IMG/VR virus record: IMGVR_UViG_3300020472_000039
Span: 1-51,782 of that record
Strand: one strand, 5' to 3'
DNA length: 51,782 nt
Origin: a virus
Lineage: Duplodnaviria > Caudoviricetes
Both the position numbers and the translations under genes were made by a program. The notes under the pieces were generated by a model, which had not been told where the DNA came from, ran no database searches, and worked only from the letters and a program-made list of their open reading frames with translations. Shown here piece by piece: positions 19,116 through 29,276 of the stretch (its first letter is position 1; each line of letters begins with the position of its first letter).

Positions 19116-21892
19116 TGGGTTGTTTACCAAGAGATAAAAGTACAGAATTAAGACAACAAGAATATCTGGCAATTGCAAAAAAGTTTCAGGAAATACCTGA
19201 AATAAAACAATTAGGACCTCACGCTGTTAATGTGTTTAGGACTATAAGAGATACAGTTGTAGGAGATTTTATGCCAGAAACTGGTATTCCTAGTGAAATT
19301 CAATTAGCAAAACTTAGAAAAGCTATAGATAGAGAAGTAGGACAGATGAATAGAGGTCGTGGTTTTATTGCTGAATGGGCATATTTGCCAAAAGAAATAT
19401 TTGAAGATGTTGGATTTGTTAGAGATTGGTATAGAAGTGTAGAAAGAGCTAACAATGCTTATAAAGGAAATTCTCAACGTTTTCAATCTCAGCTTAATGA
19501 TTTATATGTATTTTTAAAAGATGCGGCTTTTGATATAGGAGGTAAAAGCTCTTTAAGAGATTTAGTTCCAGGAGCAAGAACAAAAGCTCAAAGAGATTTA
19601 GCTAAAATGAATGCTAATTATTTGAAATACAAAAGACAAGGAATGCATAGAGAAGCTAGAAAGTATTATAGAGATTTTATTGAACCATTTGTAACTAAAG
19701 GCGAAGGGCGTGTATTCAAGATATTTCATGAAATTGCTTCTGCTCCTAAATCTAATAATGGATTTAAAAAAGCTATACAAAAACATAAAGGCACTATATC
19801 AGACAAAGCATTAAACAATATAGCGAATGCAGCTCAAGTTTGGAGAAATAAAATACAACCTAAATCAGTAGAACTAATGATAAAAGGTTTAGAAAATTAT
19901 AAATATGCATTTACTAGCAATAAAAATCTTCTTGGAAAATTTAAAAATTATGAAAAAGCTTTATCTGTTATAGATAATTTGGTTCGTAGATATAGTAGTG
20001 GAGAACTCCAAAAAGATGGATATTTTCCTATTATATCATTAGATGTTATGCCTACTCTTGCAGAAGCTTCTTCTCATCTGTTCCCAGGATATGGTAAAGG
20101 AGCTAAAAATGAATCAAATTTTGATAGAGGTGTAGATTTATTAAAAAACTTAGAATCAATGGTAGATAAAAATCTATACATTCATAAAAATTTAAAAGAA
20201 CAAAGCAAAATGAATGAAAATATAAATTATAATGTTTTACCTTTAATGGATTCTTATGCAAAGTCTGCAGCAAGATTTAATTATGTAGCATTTAATAATA
20301 ATAAATATATGGAAGTTACAAAAGATTTATGGGATACATTACAAAGAGGTAAAGATACTGGAAGCGAAAATTCTCAATTAGATAAAAAATTAAGATTTTT
20401 AGAAGGTTATATATCTGATACTCATTCTATGTTAGTTGGAACAAAAAATAGAGATTCACATCTAACAAATAATATCGCAAGAACTATTACTGCATTTCAG
20501 TTTGCTAGTAAATTAGGTTTAAATATTCGTGGTGCTGTTCGTAATTCAACACAAAGTTTATATAACTATGTTTATTTTGGACATAAAGGAATTAAAGAAG
20601 CAGGAACATTATTATCTGATGCTCAAATGAAAACAAGAGTTCAACAAGGATTAGAAAACAATGGTACATTATTTGGTGAAATACCTGAAATTTATGCAGA
20701 CTTTCAGCCTAAAATAGAATACGATGCTAAAACAGGAACATATAGAGAAAAGTTAGATTTATCTGCAAGTGATATGTTAGCCGAAAGTATGTCTCAAGTT
20801 GCTGCAAAATTAGGTAAACCTATGCAATGGGTTGAAAATAATATTAATCGTAGATGGACATTTCAATTAGGATATGCGTATGCTTGGAAAGCAGATAGTG
20901 GAAATAAATCATCTTTATATGGTAAATTTGATTATAAATTAAAAAGAGAATTAAAAAAAGAAAGAAGAAAAGAATCTATTAAAGATTTAAAAAGCGAAAG
21001 TGCTAAACGTAATTACAAAATATTTGAAAAGAATGATGCTACTGAATATGAATTTAGATTTGAACAATGGAGAAGAGAACGTGCTGAATTAGAAGCTAAT
21101 AATATTGTTAATCTTCTTCATTATGATTATGCTATGACAGCAAAATCTAAAATATTATCTACAAAAGTGGGTTCAATATTAGGTCAATTCCAACATTATG
21201 GTATTTCATATTTTAATTTGCAAAGAAATATTATAAGAAAAGGAAAAGATGATGTCTTTACTGGAAATTGGAATGGTACAGATGCTTATAGAATGTATAG
21301 ATTAGGTACGCTTCACTTAGCTGTTGCTGGTTTATTTGCTCCATTATTGAATATAGACCTTACAAATCTTGTACAGAACGATACTATAGAGCGTATTAAA
21401 TCATATCATGACGTTGTTCTTGGAGACGAAGAAACTAAACAAAGAGCATTCTTTGGTAAAGGTCCTATTATTGGAACATTTGGTGGTCCTTTTATATCAG
21501 ATATGATTAATCTAGGAAGTCTTGCTGGTATACAAGGATTTGAAGAAGATGATTTTCTTTCTTATTTATTACCTATGCAAGATGATTTAGACCCTGGTTC
21601 TTCGGAATGGAAACGTAAATTATTATCTACTTTAAATACTCAAGCTGCAAGAGCTGTATATAGTACATATCCTAAATGGAGAGAAGGTACTAATCTTGGA
21701 GTATTGGTACAGAGTGAATTAGGATTGTTCCCAGATAAGAATACTAGAGAAATTAGAGATTTTTACAATAAAAAGTTTCCAGCCCTTGGACCTGACCCTG
21801 AAAAGAAAAAGAAAAAGAATAAAAAAGAAACTCCTAAATTTTCTGCAAATCAAGGAGTTCTAGATGCTTTAAATACTTTAGCTGGAAATTAA
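19115..21892 (+). CDS. large internal virion/ejection protein
   Basis: TAATG coupling gives ATG 19115; KLGLNIRGAVRN and ILGQFQHY motifs resemble large polyvalent/ejectosome-type proteins. Confidence 0.55.
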   Translation: MGCLPRDKSTELRQQEYLAIAKKFQEIPEIKQLGPHAVNVFRTIRDTVVGDFMPETGIPSEIQLAKLRKAIDREVGQMNRGRGFIAEWAYLPKEIFEDVGFVRDWYRSVERANNAYKGNSQRFQSQLNDLYVFLKDAAFDIGGKSSLRDLVPGARTKAQRDLAKMNANYLKYKRQGMHREARKYYRDFIEPFVTKGEGRVFKIFHEIASAPKSNNGFKKAIQKHKGTISDKALNNIANAAQVWRNKIQPKSVELMIKGLENYKYAFTSNKNLLGKFKNYEKALSVIDNLVRRYSSGELQKDGYFPIISLDVMPTLAEASSHLFPGYGKGAKNESNFDRGVDLLKNLESMVDKNLYIHKNLKEQSKMNENINYNVLPLMDSYAKSAARFNYVAFNNNKYMEVTKDLWDTLQRGKDTGSENSQLDKKLRFLEGYISDTHSMLVGTKNRDSHLTNNIARTITAFQFASKLGLNIRGAVRNSTQSLYNYVYFGHKGIKEAGTLLSDAQMKTRVQQGLENNGTLFGEIPEIYADFQPKIEYDAKTGTYREKLDLSASDMLAESMSQVAAKLGKPMQWVENNINRRWTFQLGYAYAWKADSGNKSSLYGKFDYKLKRELKKERRKESIKDLKSESAKRNYKIFEKNDATEYEFRFEQWRRERAELEANNIVNLLHYDYAMTAKSKILSTKVGSILGQFQHYGISYFNLQRNIIRKGKDDVFTGNWNGTDAYRMYRLGTLHLAVAGLFAPLLNIDLTNLVQNDTIERIKSYHDVVLGDEETKQRAFFGKGPIIGTFGGPFISDMINLGSLAGIQGFEEDDFLSYLLPMQDDLDPGSSEWKRKLLSTLNTQAARAVYSTYPKWREGTNLGVLVQSELGLFPDKNTREIRDFYNKKFPALGPDPEKKKKKNKKETPKFSANQGVLDALNTLAGN

Positions 21893-22068
21893 TTTTTATC
21901 AAATTTTTTCCAAGGATGAATTTTCTGTTCTAATTGTTCTATTCTTATTCTAAGTTCTGCTAATTTTGTTGATTCTATGATGTTTTCAAAATGTTCAAAT
22001 TCTAAATTTTTTAAGTTTGATTTAAGTAGGTTTACTATTACTGCTAATTTAATTTGATTATTGTTCAT
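21889..22068 (-). CDS. 59-aa hypothetical protein (MNNNQIKLAV...WKKFDKN), last gene of the early arm, not in the ORF track
   Basis: GGAGG RBS; its stop overlaps the stop of the convergent + gene. Confidence 0.65.
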   Translation of the reverse strand: MNNNQIKLAVIVNLLKSNLKNLEFEHFENIIESTKLAELRIRIEQLEQKIHPWKKFDKN

Positions 22069-22509
22069 TTATTCCTCCGTTAATGCGTACATTCCGATAC
22101 AGATTGCGTCTGCATTCTTTAATGTAACTTTTTGATTATTACCTGCCCAATCTTGAGCAACTTTCTTAAAATATCTTTTTCGTTCTGCATAGTCTTTTGG
22201 TATATCTCCTCCAATGAACTGTTGCCATACCTTAGGCAATACATCTACTCTCTGTAACTTTAATGATGCTATAATACCTAACCAAACACCATAATTTTCT
22301 CCAAAAGTAAAAGCACCTCTTTCGTAAGGTCTAGCCCACACTCTTTCTATGTATACTTTAGGTTTTTTACGACCTATAGCATTTCTTATAACTTTAACCA
22401 TATCTTCAGGTTCCCTGGAGGTAGGACAATTGGTAGTGAATTGGAGGTTCATCGAGTCGAAGAAAGCAACTGCCCCACTCCATCCAGGGTCTATAGTTAT
22501 AATTTTCAT
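22069..22509 (-). CDS. RuvC-like Holliday junction resolvase
   Basis: IDPGWSGA, VYIERV, FTFGENYG, PKVWQ and ADAICI motifs. Confidence 0.85.
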   Translation of the reverse strand: MKIITIDPGWSGAVAFFDSMNLQFTTNCPTSREPEDMVKVIRNAIGRKKPKVYIERVWARPYERGAFTFGENYGVWLGIIASLKLQRVDVLPKVWQQFIGGDIPKDYAERKRYFKKVAQDWAGNNQKVTLKNADAICIGMYALTEE

Positions 22510-23858
22510 TTATTCATCATTTGTATAGCTTCTGTTCTGTCAAAGTATATACTACACTTATCTCCATTGAAGCCCATATTATATGAACCCAATTGACCAT
22601 ATCTAGCTTTTTGACATATGATTTCAATCTCATACCTATCATTGTCTCTATTATCTACCGCATAAGGATAGTATACAAAGAACGCCGCTTCAGCAGTTTG
22701 TTCAATTACACCACTTTCTGCAAAGTCTGATAGTTTTGGTCTAGGGTCTAATCGTCTTTCAATTTCTCTATTAAGCTGCGATACCAATATAGCACTACAC
22801 TTAATTTTCTTACAAATCCACTTATAGTCAAGCATTATATCTTCTATTTCAAACCTTCTGTCCTTATTCTTTCCGTCTGTACGAATAAGTTGGATATAAT
22901 CATCGAGGATTACATCTGGTTTTTCCTTTCCTATCTCTTTCATTGCATCTGCAAGAGTTTTACAATCATCTAACATTATTAGATTCTTATACTTTTCACC
23001 CAAAGCTTCTCTTTTAAGATTAATTTGAGTTATCTCTTTATCTATATTACTAGCTTTTCTAATCTTTTCATAACTAAACTCTTGAAATTCCATTACTAAA
23101 ATTTTCTTCATCATTTCAACATTAGTCATTTCACGATTAAACAACATAACTTTCTTACCTTGTTCTAGTAATCGTTTAACAATATTGATAACCATAGTAG
23201 TTTTACCATGTCCTGGTCTACCACCAATAACTGTTATCTCACCTCTAGTCATACCACCAGCTGCTTTATCTAGCTGTTCAATGCCAAAGGGTATTAAGTT
23301 ACTACCTTCTTTTAACGCTTCTAGTGTATTAGCTAATATATCTTTAGTTTCAACTACTTTACTTGGAGCAATATCTTTTAACTCTTGAACTATTTTTTCA
23401 TGCTGATGTAATACTTCAACAATATCATCCGTATTTTGTAAAGTTAAGTTATAAAGTATTTGGGAACTCTTTACTGCTTTACGTTGTATAAACTTATACC
23501 AAATATTCTTAGCGTAAGTCTCAGCGTTTGCAGTAGTAGGAACTCCATTAGCTAATCCAGTTAAATAATAAGTAGTTAGTGTATGGTCTGTAACATTATC
23601 TTTAATATCTCCGAATACAGTAACTGTATCAATAGGAACATTGTTTTTATATAATCTGTTAAATGAGTTCCATAGTTCTTGATGTTTACTTGTATAAAAT
23701 GCATCAGCTTCTTTAATAACTGATTTAGCTTTTTCAAAGATTTCATCGCCTTCTAATAAAATACTACCTAATAAGGCTATCTCTGCTTCTTCATTCTTGG
23801 GCATAGGTTCCAGTCCATTTGTCTGTTTAAGCTCTTTATTGTCTGTTAATGGTTTCAT
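22506..23858 (-). CDS. dnaB: replicative DNA helicase
   Basis: N-terminal EAEIALLGSILL; Walker A GGRPGHGKT; DYIQL; SQLNREIE; PKLSDFAESGVIEQTA. Confidence 0.95.
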   Translation of the reverse strand: MKPLTDNKELKQTNGLEPMPKNEEAEIALLGSILLEGDEIFEKAKSVIKEADAFYTSKHQELWNSFNRLYKNNVPIDTVTVFGDIKDNVTDHTLTTYYLTGLANGVPTTANAETYAKNIWYKFIQRKAVKSSQILYNLTLQNTDDIVEVLHQHEKIVQELKDIAPSKVVETKDILANTLEALKEGSNLIPFGIEQLDKAAGGMTRGEITVIGGRPGHGKTTMVINIVKRLLEQGKKVMLFNREMTNVEMMKKILVMEFQEFSYEKIRKASNIDKEITQINLKREALGEKYKNLIMLDDCKTLADAMKEIGKEKPDVILDDYIQLIRTDGKNKDRRFEIEDIMLDYKWICKKIKCSAILVSQLNREIERRLDPRPKLSDFAESGVIEQTAEAAFFVYYPYAVDNRDNDRYEIEIICQKARYGQLGSYNMGFNGDKCSIYFDRTEAIQMMNK

Positions 23859-23866
23859 AATACCTC

Positions 23867-24688
23867 CTATTCTTTAAATAGACTAATTTGCTTTTCTTCT
23901 GGTACATAATTTGTAATGACCAGTTCTATCTTCTTTTCTTCGCTATGTAATTGACCAGTATACTTAATAGGTATTTCAATTATTCTCCAATGTTTGTACA
24001 TATCCCAAATTGCAGGACTATTATCATATGATAGCATAAACTTTCCCCCGCTATCATCAATTTCATGGCACATAGCACATAAATCAATATGGTCATTCCA
24101 ATTAAACGAATGTATATAGTAATCATTTCGTTTAGTTGCTGCAACATAAGGAGGGTCTAAATACCAGACATCTCCTTCTTTTGGTTCATACTTGTCAATT
24201 AACTTTCTAAAATCCATATTCTCAATGAATGTGTCATTTAGTTTTTGTCTGCTTAGTTCTAAGTCGTCTAATATCTCATCATTCCATTTAGCAACGCTGC
24301 TTAATGGTAAGAAAGGCGTTTTGTTGAATGCTGTCTTTATGATAAAGAAATATTCTGCTGCTCTCTTAACATCTGGAATATCTATCTTGTTTTCGGCGTG
24401 TATCTTCTTTCTATAAGTCTCGTGAAGTGTTCTTGATAACAATATGTGTTTAGCATAGTGTTTAAATTTATCGAAATCCTCCGCTATTGAAATATACAAA
24501 TTTATTACATCATTATGCAAGTCATTTAATATGTTTATCTTAGCTTTATCTTTACGAAAGAACATACTTCCTCCCCCAAAGAATACTTCAATATATCTAT
24601 CGTGTCTAGGTAACATTTTCACTAGCTGTTTACTTAGTGTAAACTTACCTCCGTAATATGGAAATACTGTAGGACAATCATTCTTCAT
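23867..24688 (-). CDS. D12-class (Dam-family) N6-adenine DNA methyltransferase
   Basis: YYGGK, YIEVFFGGGS, LND and YLDPPY motifs. Confidence 0.92.
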   Translation of the reverse strand: MKNDCPTVFPYYGGKFTLSKQLVKMLPRHDRYIEVFFGGGSMFFRKDKAKINILNDLHNDVINLYISIAEDFDKFKHYAKHILLSRTLHETYRKKIHAENKIDIPDVKRAAEYFFIIKTAFNKTPFLPLSSVAKWNDEILDDLELSRQKLNDTFIENMDFRKLIDKYEPKEGDVWYLDPPYVAATKRNDYYIHSFNWNDHIDLCAMCHEIDDSGGKFMLSYDNSPAIWDMYKHWRIIEIPIKYTGQLHSEEKKIELVITNYVPEEKQISLFKE

Positions 24689-24960
24689 TTTTTGGTCCTT
24701 CCTCTATCATATGTTTTCCAATATATTAAATCATGTGCATTTTCATAATATTTAAACATCCATTTATCTACAACGCCACCAGCGTAATCTGGATGATATT
24801 CATTATTTAAGCACATATTAGACATCATTTGATGATATACAGCTGTATAAAACATTCTTTCATTATGATTATCACCAATTATCCACCAAGGGTTTTCTCC
24901 ATTTTCATATATATCACATAGTTCTTCATATTTATATCTCTTCATTAATCCCTCCAACAA
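24685..24960 (-). CDS. hypothetical protein (likely start at MKRYKY)
   Basis: tightly packed ORF in the early arm. Confidence 0.6.
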   Translation of the reverse strand: MLEGLMKRYKYEELCDIYENGENPWWIIGDNHNERMFYTAVYHQMMSNMCLNNEYHPDYAGGVVDKWMFKYYENAHDLIYWKTYDRGRTKK

Positions 24961-25181
24961 TCATTACATAAAGCATCACCATTTTTATGTTGACTCCAAT
25001 ATAATTGGTCTTTTTTATTCATACATTCCCACCAATTTAAATCGTCTGAATACTGTACAACTCCACATTCATCACAAGTATTTAAATCAGTCATATCTAA
25101 AACATAAGCAACTAATTCAGATATATGTTTTGTATTATCACTTAAAGCATTCAAACCGACCATTTCGTTTTCATCAATCAT
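24945..25181 (-). CDS. small Cys-rich, probably Zn-binding protein
   Basis: CDEC...CNDC. Confidence 0.65.
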   Translation of the reverse strand: MIDENEMVGLNALSDNTKHISELVAYVLDMTDLNTCDECGVVQYSDDLNWWECMNKKDQLYWSQHKNGDALCNDCWRD

Positions 25182-25521
25182 CTTTGTCTCCTTTTAATTC
25201 ATTATATAAATTAATAAATGAATCATTGCTTTCTACACCAACTGGTAAACAATCAGAAAAAAGTCCAGCCTTCTGAAATCCTTTTCTACGTGCATCACTC
25301 ATACCAACGTGTAAAGCACCTGGACCATTTCCTTCGTCATCCATTCCAACAAAGAAAACATCACCTTTATCTGTTTTAAAACAAAGCCCAGTACCTTCTT
25401 CTGGATAATCTTTATCCCATTCTTGCCACCAAACATCTGTTATAGTTCTTCTTTTTAATAGCGTTTGTGCTGATTGATACCACATTTTAGTTCTATCGTA
25501 TTTTTTTTGTAAACTTTCCAT
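25174..25521 (-). CDS. conserved phage hypothetical protein
   Basis: MDDEGNGPGALH motif; GGAGG RBS. Confidence 0.7.
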   Translation of the reverse strand: MESLQKKYDRTKMWYQSAQTLLKRRTITDVWWQEWDKDYPEEGTGLCFKTDKGDVFFVGMDDEGNGPGALHVGMSDARRKGFQKAGLFSDCLPVGVESNDSFINLYNELKGDKDD

Positions 25522-25731
25522 TTAACCCTCCATATGTTTAAGTCTTAAATGTTCATCTCTTAAGTGATTTAATTCAGATATATCATCTTCTATTTCACCT
25601 AATCTTGACATAAATTCATCTGTTATACTTTCTGCGTCTAAATAATATCCTGTTTCTTCGTCAAAAGAATAGTATACATCTACACTGATATTATCATCTA
25701 TCTTAGTTTTTTTTATTTCTGAGCTTATCAT
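25522..25731 (-). CDS. acidic hypothetical protein
   Basis: ATGA overlap with the upstream gene. Confidence 0.65.
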   Translation of the reverse strand: MISSEIKKTKIDDNISVDVYYSFDEETGYYLDAESITDEFMSRLGEIEDDISELNHLRDEHLRLKHMEG

Positions 25732-26096
25732 AACTCAGCCTCAAACCAACAGTCACCATTTTCTTTAATGCAATTTCTAATTTGTATTCCTAATTCTAAT
25801 CTTGCATAATTAACTAGTAATATTCTAACATGTTCTTCATCTATCTTAAGATATTTTGCTAACATATTATCGTTATATCCACCTGGTCTTTTAAAGAATT
25901 TATTCATCTTTGTTAAAAATCCACGTAAATTTTTCTTACACTTTCTAATACCTTTTTCTGCTAATTCTAAATCAGCTGCATGGTATTGTAAATAAGAAGG
26001 GTCACATTCTGTTGCTCCAAAGTGTTCTCCATCATCTGAAGATTGTACAGCAAACCAGAATTTTCCTTCTATGTCTCCGTGATAATATCTACCCAT
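25728..26096 (-). CDS. conserved phage hypothetical protein
   Basis: MGRYYHGDIEGKFWFAVQSS N-terminus; TAATG coupling. Confidence 0.75.
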   Translation of the reverse strand: MGRYYHGDIEGKFWFAVQSSDDGEHFGATECDPSYLQYHAADLELAEKGIRKCKKNLRGFLTKMNKFFKRPGGYNDNMLAKYLKIDEEHVRILLVNYARLELGIQIRNCIKENGDCWFEAEL

Positions 26097-26227
26097 TATT
26101 TTTCTCTCTTTCTTCTTATTGAGCTTATTTGGTTATAATACATATAGTCAAATCCAAGCTCATTTAGTTTATCTATTAGCTTTGCTATTTTTTCTTGTAA
26201 ATCAAATGCTTTTTCAGCGTCACTCAT
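26096..26227 (-). CDS. 43-aa hypothetical protein (MSDAEKAFDL...), not in the ORF track
   Basis: AAGGAG RBS; fills the gap with overlaps at both ends. Confidence 0.6.
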   Translation of the reverse strand: MSDAEKAFDLQEKIAKLIDKLNELGFDYMYYNQISSIRRKREK

Positions 26228-26492
26228 TTTTATGCTCCTTCAATTTATCATTAACTTTTTTAACGTTTTGGTAAAGTTCTTGATATTTATTATCATGGAA
26301 GATAATATTATTTTTATTCAAGTGTCCCTCGTGTTTAATACTCCAAGTAGTATCTTCTTTAGTATCTTCTATTTCCTCTTCTGTAGGTATATGGGGCATA
26401 GGATACCTATAATTTTCCATAAGACCTTCAATCTCTTCTTCTGTATAACCTAACTCAGTAAGGTCAAGCAGTATCTTTTTGAAATTTCCCAT
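26220..26492 (-). CDS. hypothetical protein (start MGNFKK)
   Basis: GAGGAGG RBS before ATG 26492. Confidence 0.65.
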   Translation of the reverse strand: MGNFKKILLDLTELGYTEEEIEGLMENYRYPMPHIPTEEEIEDTKEDTTWSIKHEGHLNKNNIIFHDNKYQELYQNVKKVNDKLKEHKNE

Positions 26493-26688
26493 GTTTTTCC
26501 TCCTCATATTCTTCAATATTACATTCTTCATTACAGTCTTCACACCAAAATGTACTATCATCTACAAAATCAATTAATGCATAAGGGTAATTTACATTTG
26601 CCCAAGCACTTTGGCTTACATCTGACCTATAACATTCACTACAAACCCATTCAATACCATGTTCATCTATTCTATTTTTCTTGCTCAT
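26464..26688 (-). CDS. small Zn-ribbon protein
   Basis: CSEC...CEDC. Confidence 0.65.
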   Translation of the reverse strand: MSKKNRIDEHGIEWVCSECYRSDVSQSAWANVNYPYALIDFVDDSTFWCEDCNEECNIEEYEEEKHGKFQKDTA

Positions 26689-26918
26689 CTTTCATCCTTC
26701 TTTCTAAATTGCTCTATCCATGTATTTTGATATTTTTTAGGAGATGATAGACCTGAAAATATCCACCAACCTCTACCATTTTCTTTTGCAAGTTTTTCAG
26801 ATATTTCATTATGCTCTTTTGTATAAGCATAAACTGTTTTATAACTTTTAAGTCTTTCTTCAAAACTGCTTTCACATTTTAAGGGATTGTTGTTTTTATC
26901 ATGTAAACTTAAACTCAT
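26685..26918 (-). CDS. hypothetical protein
   Basis: AAGGAG RBS. Confidence 0.65.
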   Translation of the reverse strand: MSLSLHDKNNNPLKCESSFEERLKSYKTVYAYTKEHNEISEKLAKENGRGWWIFSGLSSPKKYQNTWIEQFRKKDER

Positions 26919-26940
26919 ATTTTTTTCTCCTTTTTAAGTT

Positions 26941-27244
26941 TTCAGAACTGAGGTAGTAATGCTCCTAGCTAAGCCGTCAGACTTATATACTACCTCTATT
27001 CTGATTTAAGCCACTCAGGAACCTAAGTACAGGGACCTGTAATGTGACTAATGATTAAGCGGCTTATAAACTCTAGAGTCTACTGGCTAATCCATCACCG
27101 CCTAAATTACTAGCAAGAGAATAAACTTTGAAGAGAGGGTCGTGCTACATGTTTTATACGACTTTAGTTAACGTAGCCAGTCTCTATCAAGTGGTTTATC
27201 TTTTCAGGGACCTTTATTAAGAAGCTATCTCTTTTCAGGAACCT
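26941..27244 (-). other. structured intergenic region with four CAGG(A/G)ACCT repeats and nested stems
   Basis: repeats at 27016, 27030, 27205, 27236; long inverted repeat TCAGAACTGAGGTAGTA / TACTACCTCTATTCTGA. Confidence 0.6.
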
Positions 27245-28016
27245 ACGCTCTTGCTAATCTTGTTATTGTTGGATAAATCTGATTCTCCATAATATGAATA
27301 GATTCTCTATCTCTATGTGCAACGTGTGTCGCTACATAAGTACAAGCATTCAATAAATCCCAATATGTATTCATATTATTATTTAAACAATACCTTGTAA
27401 ATTCTTCCATATATTGTTGTGGAATCAGTTTAGCCATATCAACTAAATGCTTACTTCTTAACTTAGTCTTTGTTAGTCTTGGAAATTCTGTTTCAAACAT
27501 CTGAACTAACATAGCAACTGTATCAGTAATAGTACTATCTATTTCACCAATACTAGTATTATTATTCTTATGTACAGCTTTCTTCTTTGTTAAAACATTA
27601 CCAATTGTCAATCCATTTAAGCATACAAGCCTAAATGCACCACCCATAATATTAACAGATGTAGTACCATCGTAACTATTTGCTACTATTAATTGTGGAT
27701 TTATTAAATCTCCTTTTTCAATCTTAACTTCAGTCTTAGGGAAATTCCATTTCCAAATAGCTCTTTGACCATTTGAGAATGTTTTAGCTTCTGATAACTC
27801 AGCACCAGAACCTTTTAATACTTTTTGAACTTTATTAACAACTGATTTGTTGTCAACTACTTTGTATTCATCAGTCATACAAGATAATACATCTCCTGTA
27901 TCTTCTCTTATGATGAATTTATGACCTGTTCCTTCTGTTCTCATTACATCATCTGCGAGAACTGCTGGAACCTCCTTTACTGGAAACAGCGTTTCCTCCA
28001 TTGCTACTATAGACAT
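27243..28016 (-). CDS. DUF932/DUF945-family protein
   Basis: Y.VVDN and ANSYDGT...GAFRLVCLNGL motifs. Confidence 0.85.
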   Translation of the reverse strand: MSIVAMEETLFPVKEVPAVLADDVMRTEGTGHKFIIREDTGDVLSCMTDEYKVVDNKSVVNKVQKVLKGSGAELSEAKTFSNGQRAIWKWNFPKTEVKIEKGDLINPQLIVANSYDGTTSVNIMGGAFRLVCLNGLTIGNVLTKKKAVHKNNNTSIGEIDSTITDTVAMLVQMFETEFPRLTKTKLRSKHLVDMAKLIPQQYMEEFTRYCLNNNMNTYWDLLNACTYVATHVAHRDRESIHIMENQIYPTITRLARA

Positions 28017-28404
28017 TTTTATACTCTCCTCTTTCTACTTTTACTTTCTTTGGTGTTCTACCAAACTTTTTTATTTCATTTTTTAACATCTTATCTTCAT
28101 TTTCATATCCAGATACTATCATTTGTTGTAAATATGCAAATCCTTTACCTTGATATACGTGTTCATCCATATTGTATCTGTATACTATACGTTCTATTGT
28201 TTCATCAGGTATATTAGATATTGCTTGCAAGAAATAGAATGTCTTTTGATTATCCTTCTCAGAAGGAATATTTTGTCGAATTAATTTTATAATTCTTTGT
28301 AATCTTCTTTGACATAATTGATTTCTTTCTTCCAAAAGCGAAATGATACGCCTTGTTGGGTTGTATTTTCTTGTGCTGTCGTGTCCACATGCTACGCATT
28401 TCAT
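27949..28404 (-). CDS. hypothetical protein with N-terminal CxxC
   Basis: MKCVACG start with ATGA overlap; located in the replication region. Confidence 0.6.
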   Translation of the reverse strand: MKCVACGHDSTRKYNPTRRIISLLEERNQLCQRRLQRIIKLIRQNIPSEKDNQKTFYFLQAISNIPDETIERIVYRYNMDEHVYQGKGFAYLQQMIVSGYENEDKMLKNEIKKFGRTPKKVKVERGEYKNVYSSNGGNAVSSKGGSSSSRR

Positions 28405-28613
28405 ACCTTTGTCACTTCCGTATAAGTTGACCATATATGTTTACCTTTATAATAGCTTTCATTGTTTTTAAAATGACTTCTGTTTGGTAATGTCAAAACT
28501 AGTACTTCTGCATTTATTTCACAACCCAATAATATACCTTCTGTACCATTTTGGTTAAACATATCACCAACATTTAAATCTTTTAAAAACATTTTTCCTT
28601 TACTACACTTCAT
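28401..28613 (-). CDS. hypothetical protein
   Basis: GAGG RBS; packed ORF. Confidence 0.65.
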   Translation of the reverse strand: MKCSKGKMFLKDLNVGDMFNQNGTEGILLGCEINAEVLVLTLPNRSHFKNNESYYKGKHIWSTYTEVTKV

Positions 28614-28615
28614 TT

Positions 28616-28828
28616 TTACCTCATATTCTGTTTAATTTCATGCTCTCTTCTTTTTTCTATTACTTTTACTTGTATCTGTTTTAAGTCTTTCTTTAATGTT
28701 TCATATGGTACTTTCCATTTCCCATTATCTACACAAGGGACAACTGCTGACTCTAGCATGCCAAGACTATTTATTAATAATCCTATTTCATTGTCACTTA
28801 GTTTAATTGTTACTACTGCTTCGTTCAT
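28616..28828 (-). CDS. hypothetical protein
   Basis: packed ORF. Confidence 0.6.
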   Translation of the reverse strand: MNEAVVTIKLSDNEIGLLINSLGMLESAVVPCVDNGKWKVPYETLKKDLKQIQVKVIEKRREHEIKQNMR

Positions 28829-28976
28829 TTTCTTTTTCCCATTCGTCTTTTACAATAAAATCAATCATGTCTTTTGCGCTGGAACCTATCTCTAGGTTAA
28901 TTTTTATACGTTGTATAATTTTATTCCAAACAGTATTAACACGTCTTAATTCTTCTGCCTGTTTAAGTTTATCCAT
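28803..28976 (-). CDS. 57-aa hypothetical protein (MDKLKQAEEL...), not in the ORF track
   Basis: AAGGAGGT RBS; hand translation. Confidence 0.7.
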   Translation of the reverse strand: MDKLKQAEELRRVNTVWNKIIQRIKINLEIGSSAKDMIDFIVKDEWEKENERSSSNN

Positions 28977-29276
28977 GATACCTCCTTATATATAAGGGCT
29001 TGAGTAGCCAACCTTTCTCAACTTTTCTTCCATAGAATCCGTTTGGAATTCCTGGACCAAAGCATAAGACAAGCCCTCATATAATTTACAAAATTATCTT
29101 TATAAAACAAAGTTTATTCTCTAATTTTTTGAGGATTAGCTATCCCATCGACTCTATATAGCTTCGTTGCAAATGGAATCCTCAAATCTTATAAGTTAAG
29201 TGCCTAATAATCTAGTAGATAACCGAATATAAACTAGATAAAAGACACTTTAACTTACTCTCGCAACATATGCCAT

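Noticed and set aside
26960-26990. CTGACG on the minus strand as a hammerhead core
   Set aside because: No complete CUGANGA plus GAAA arrangement
27016-27244. Four 9-bp repeats as a mini-CRISPR
   Set aside because: Repeats too short and spacing irregular
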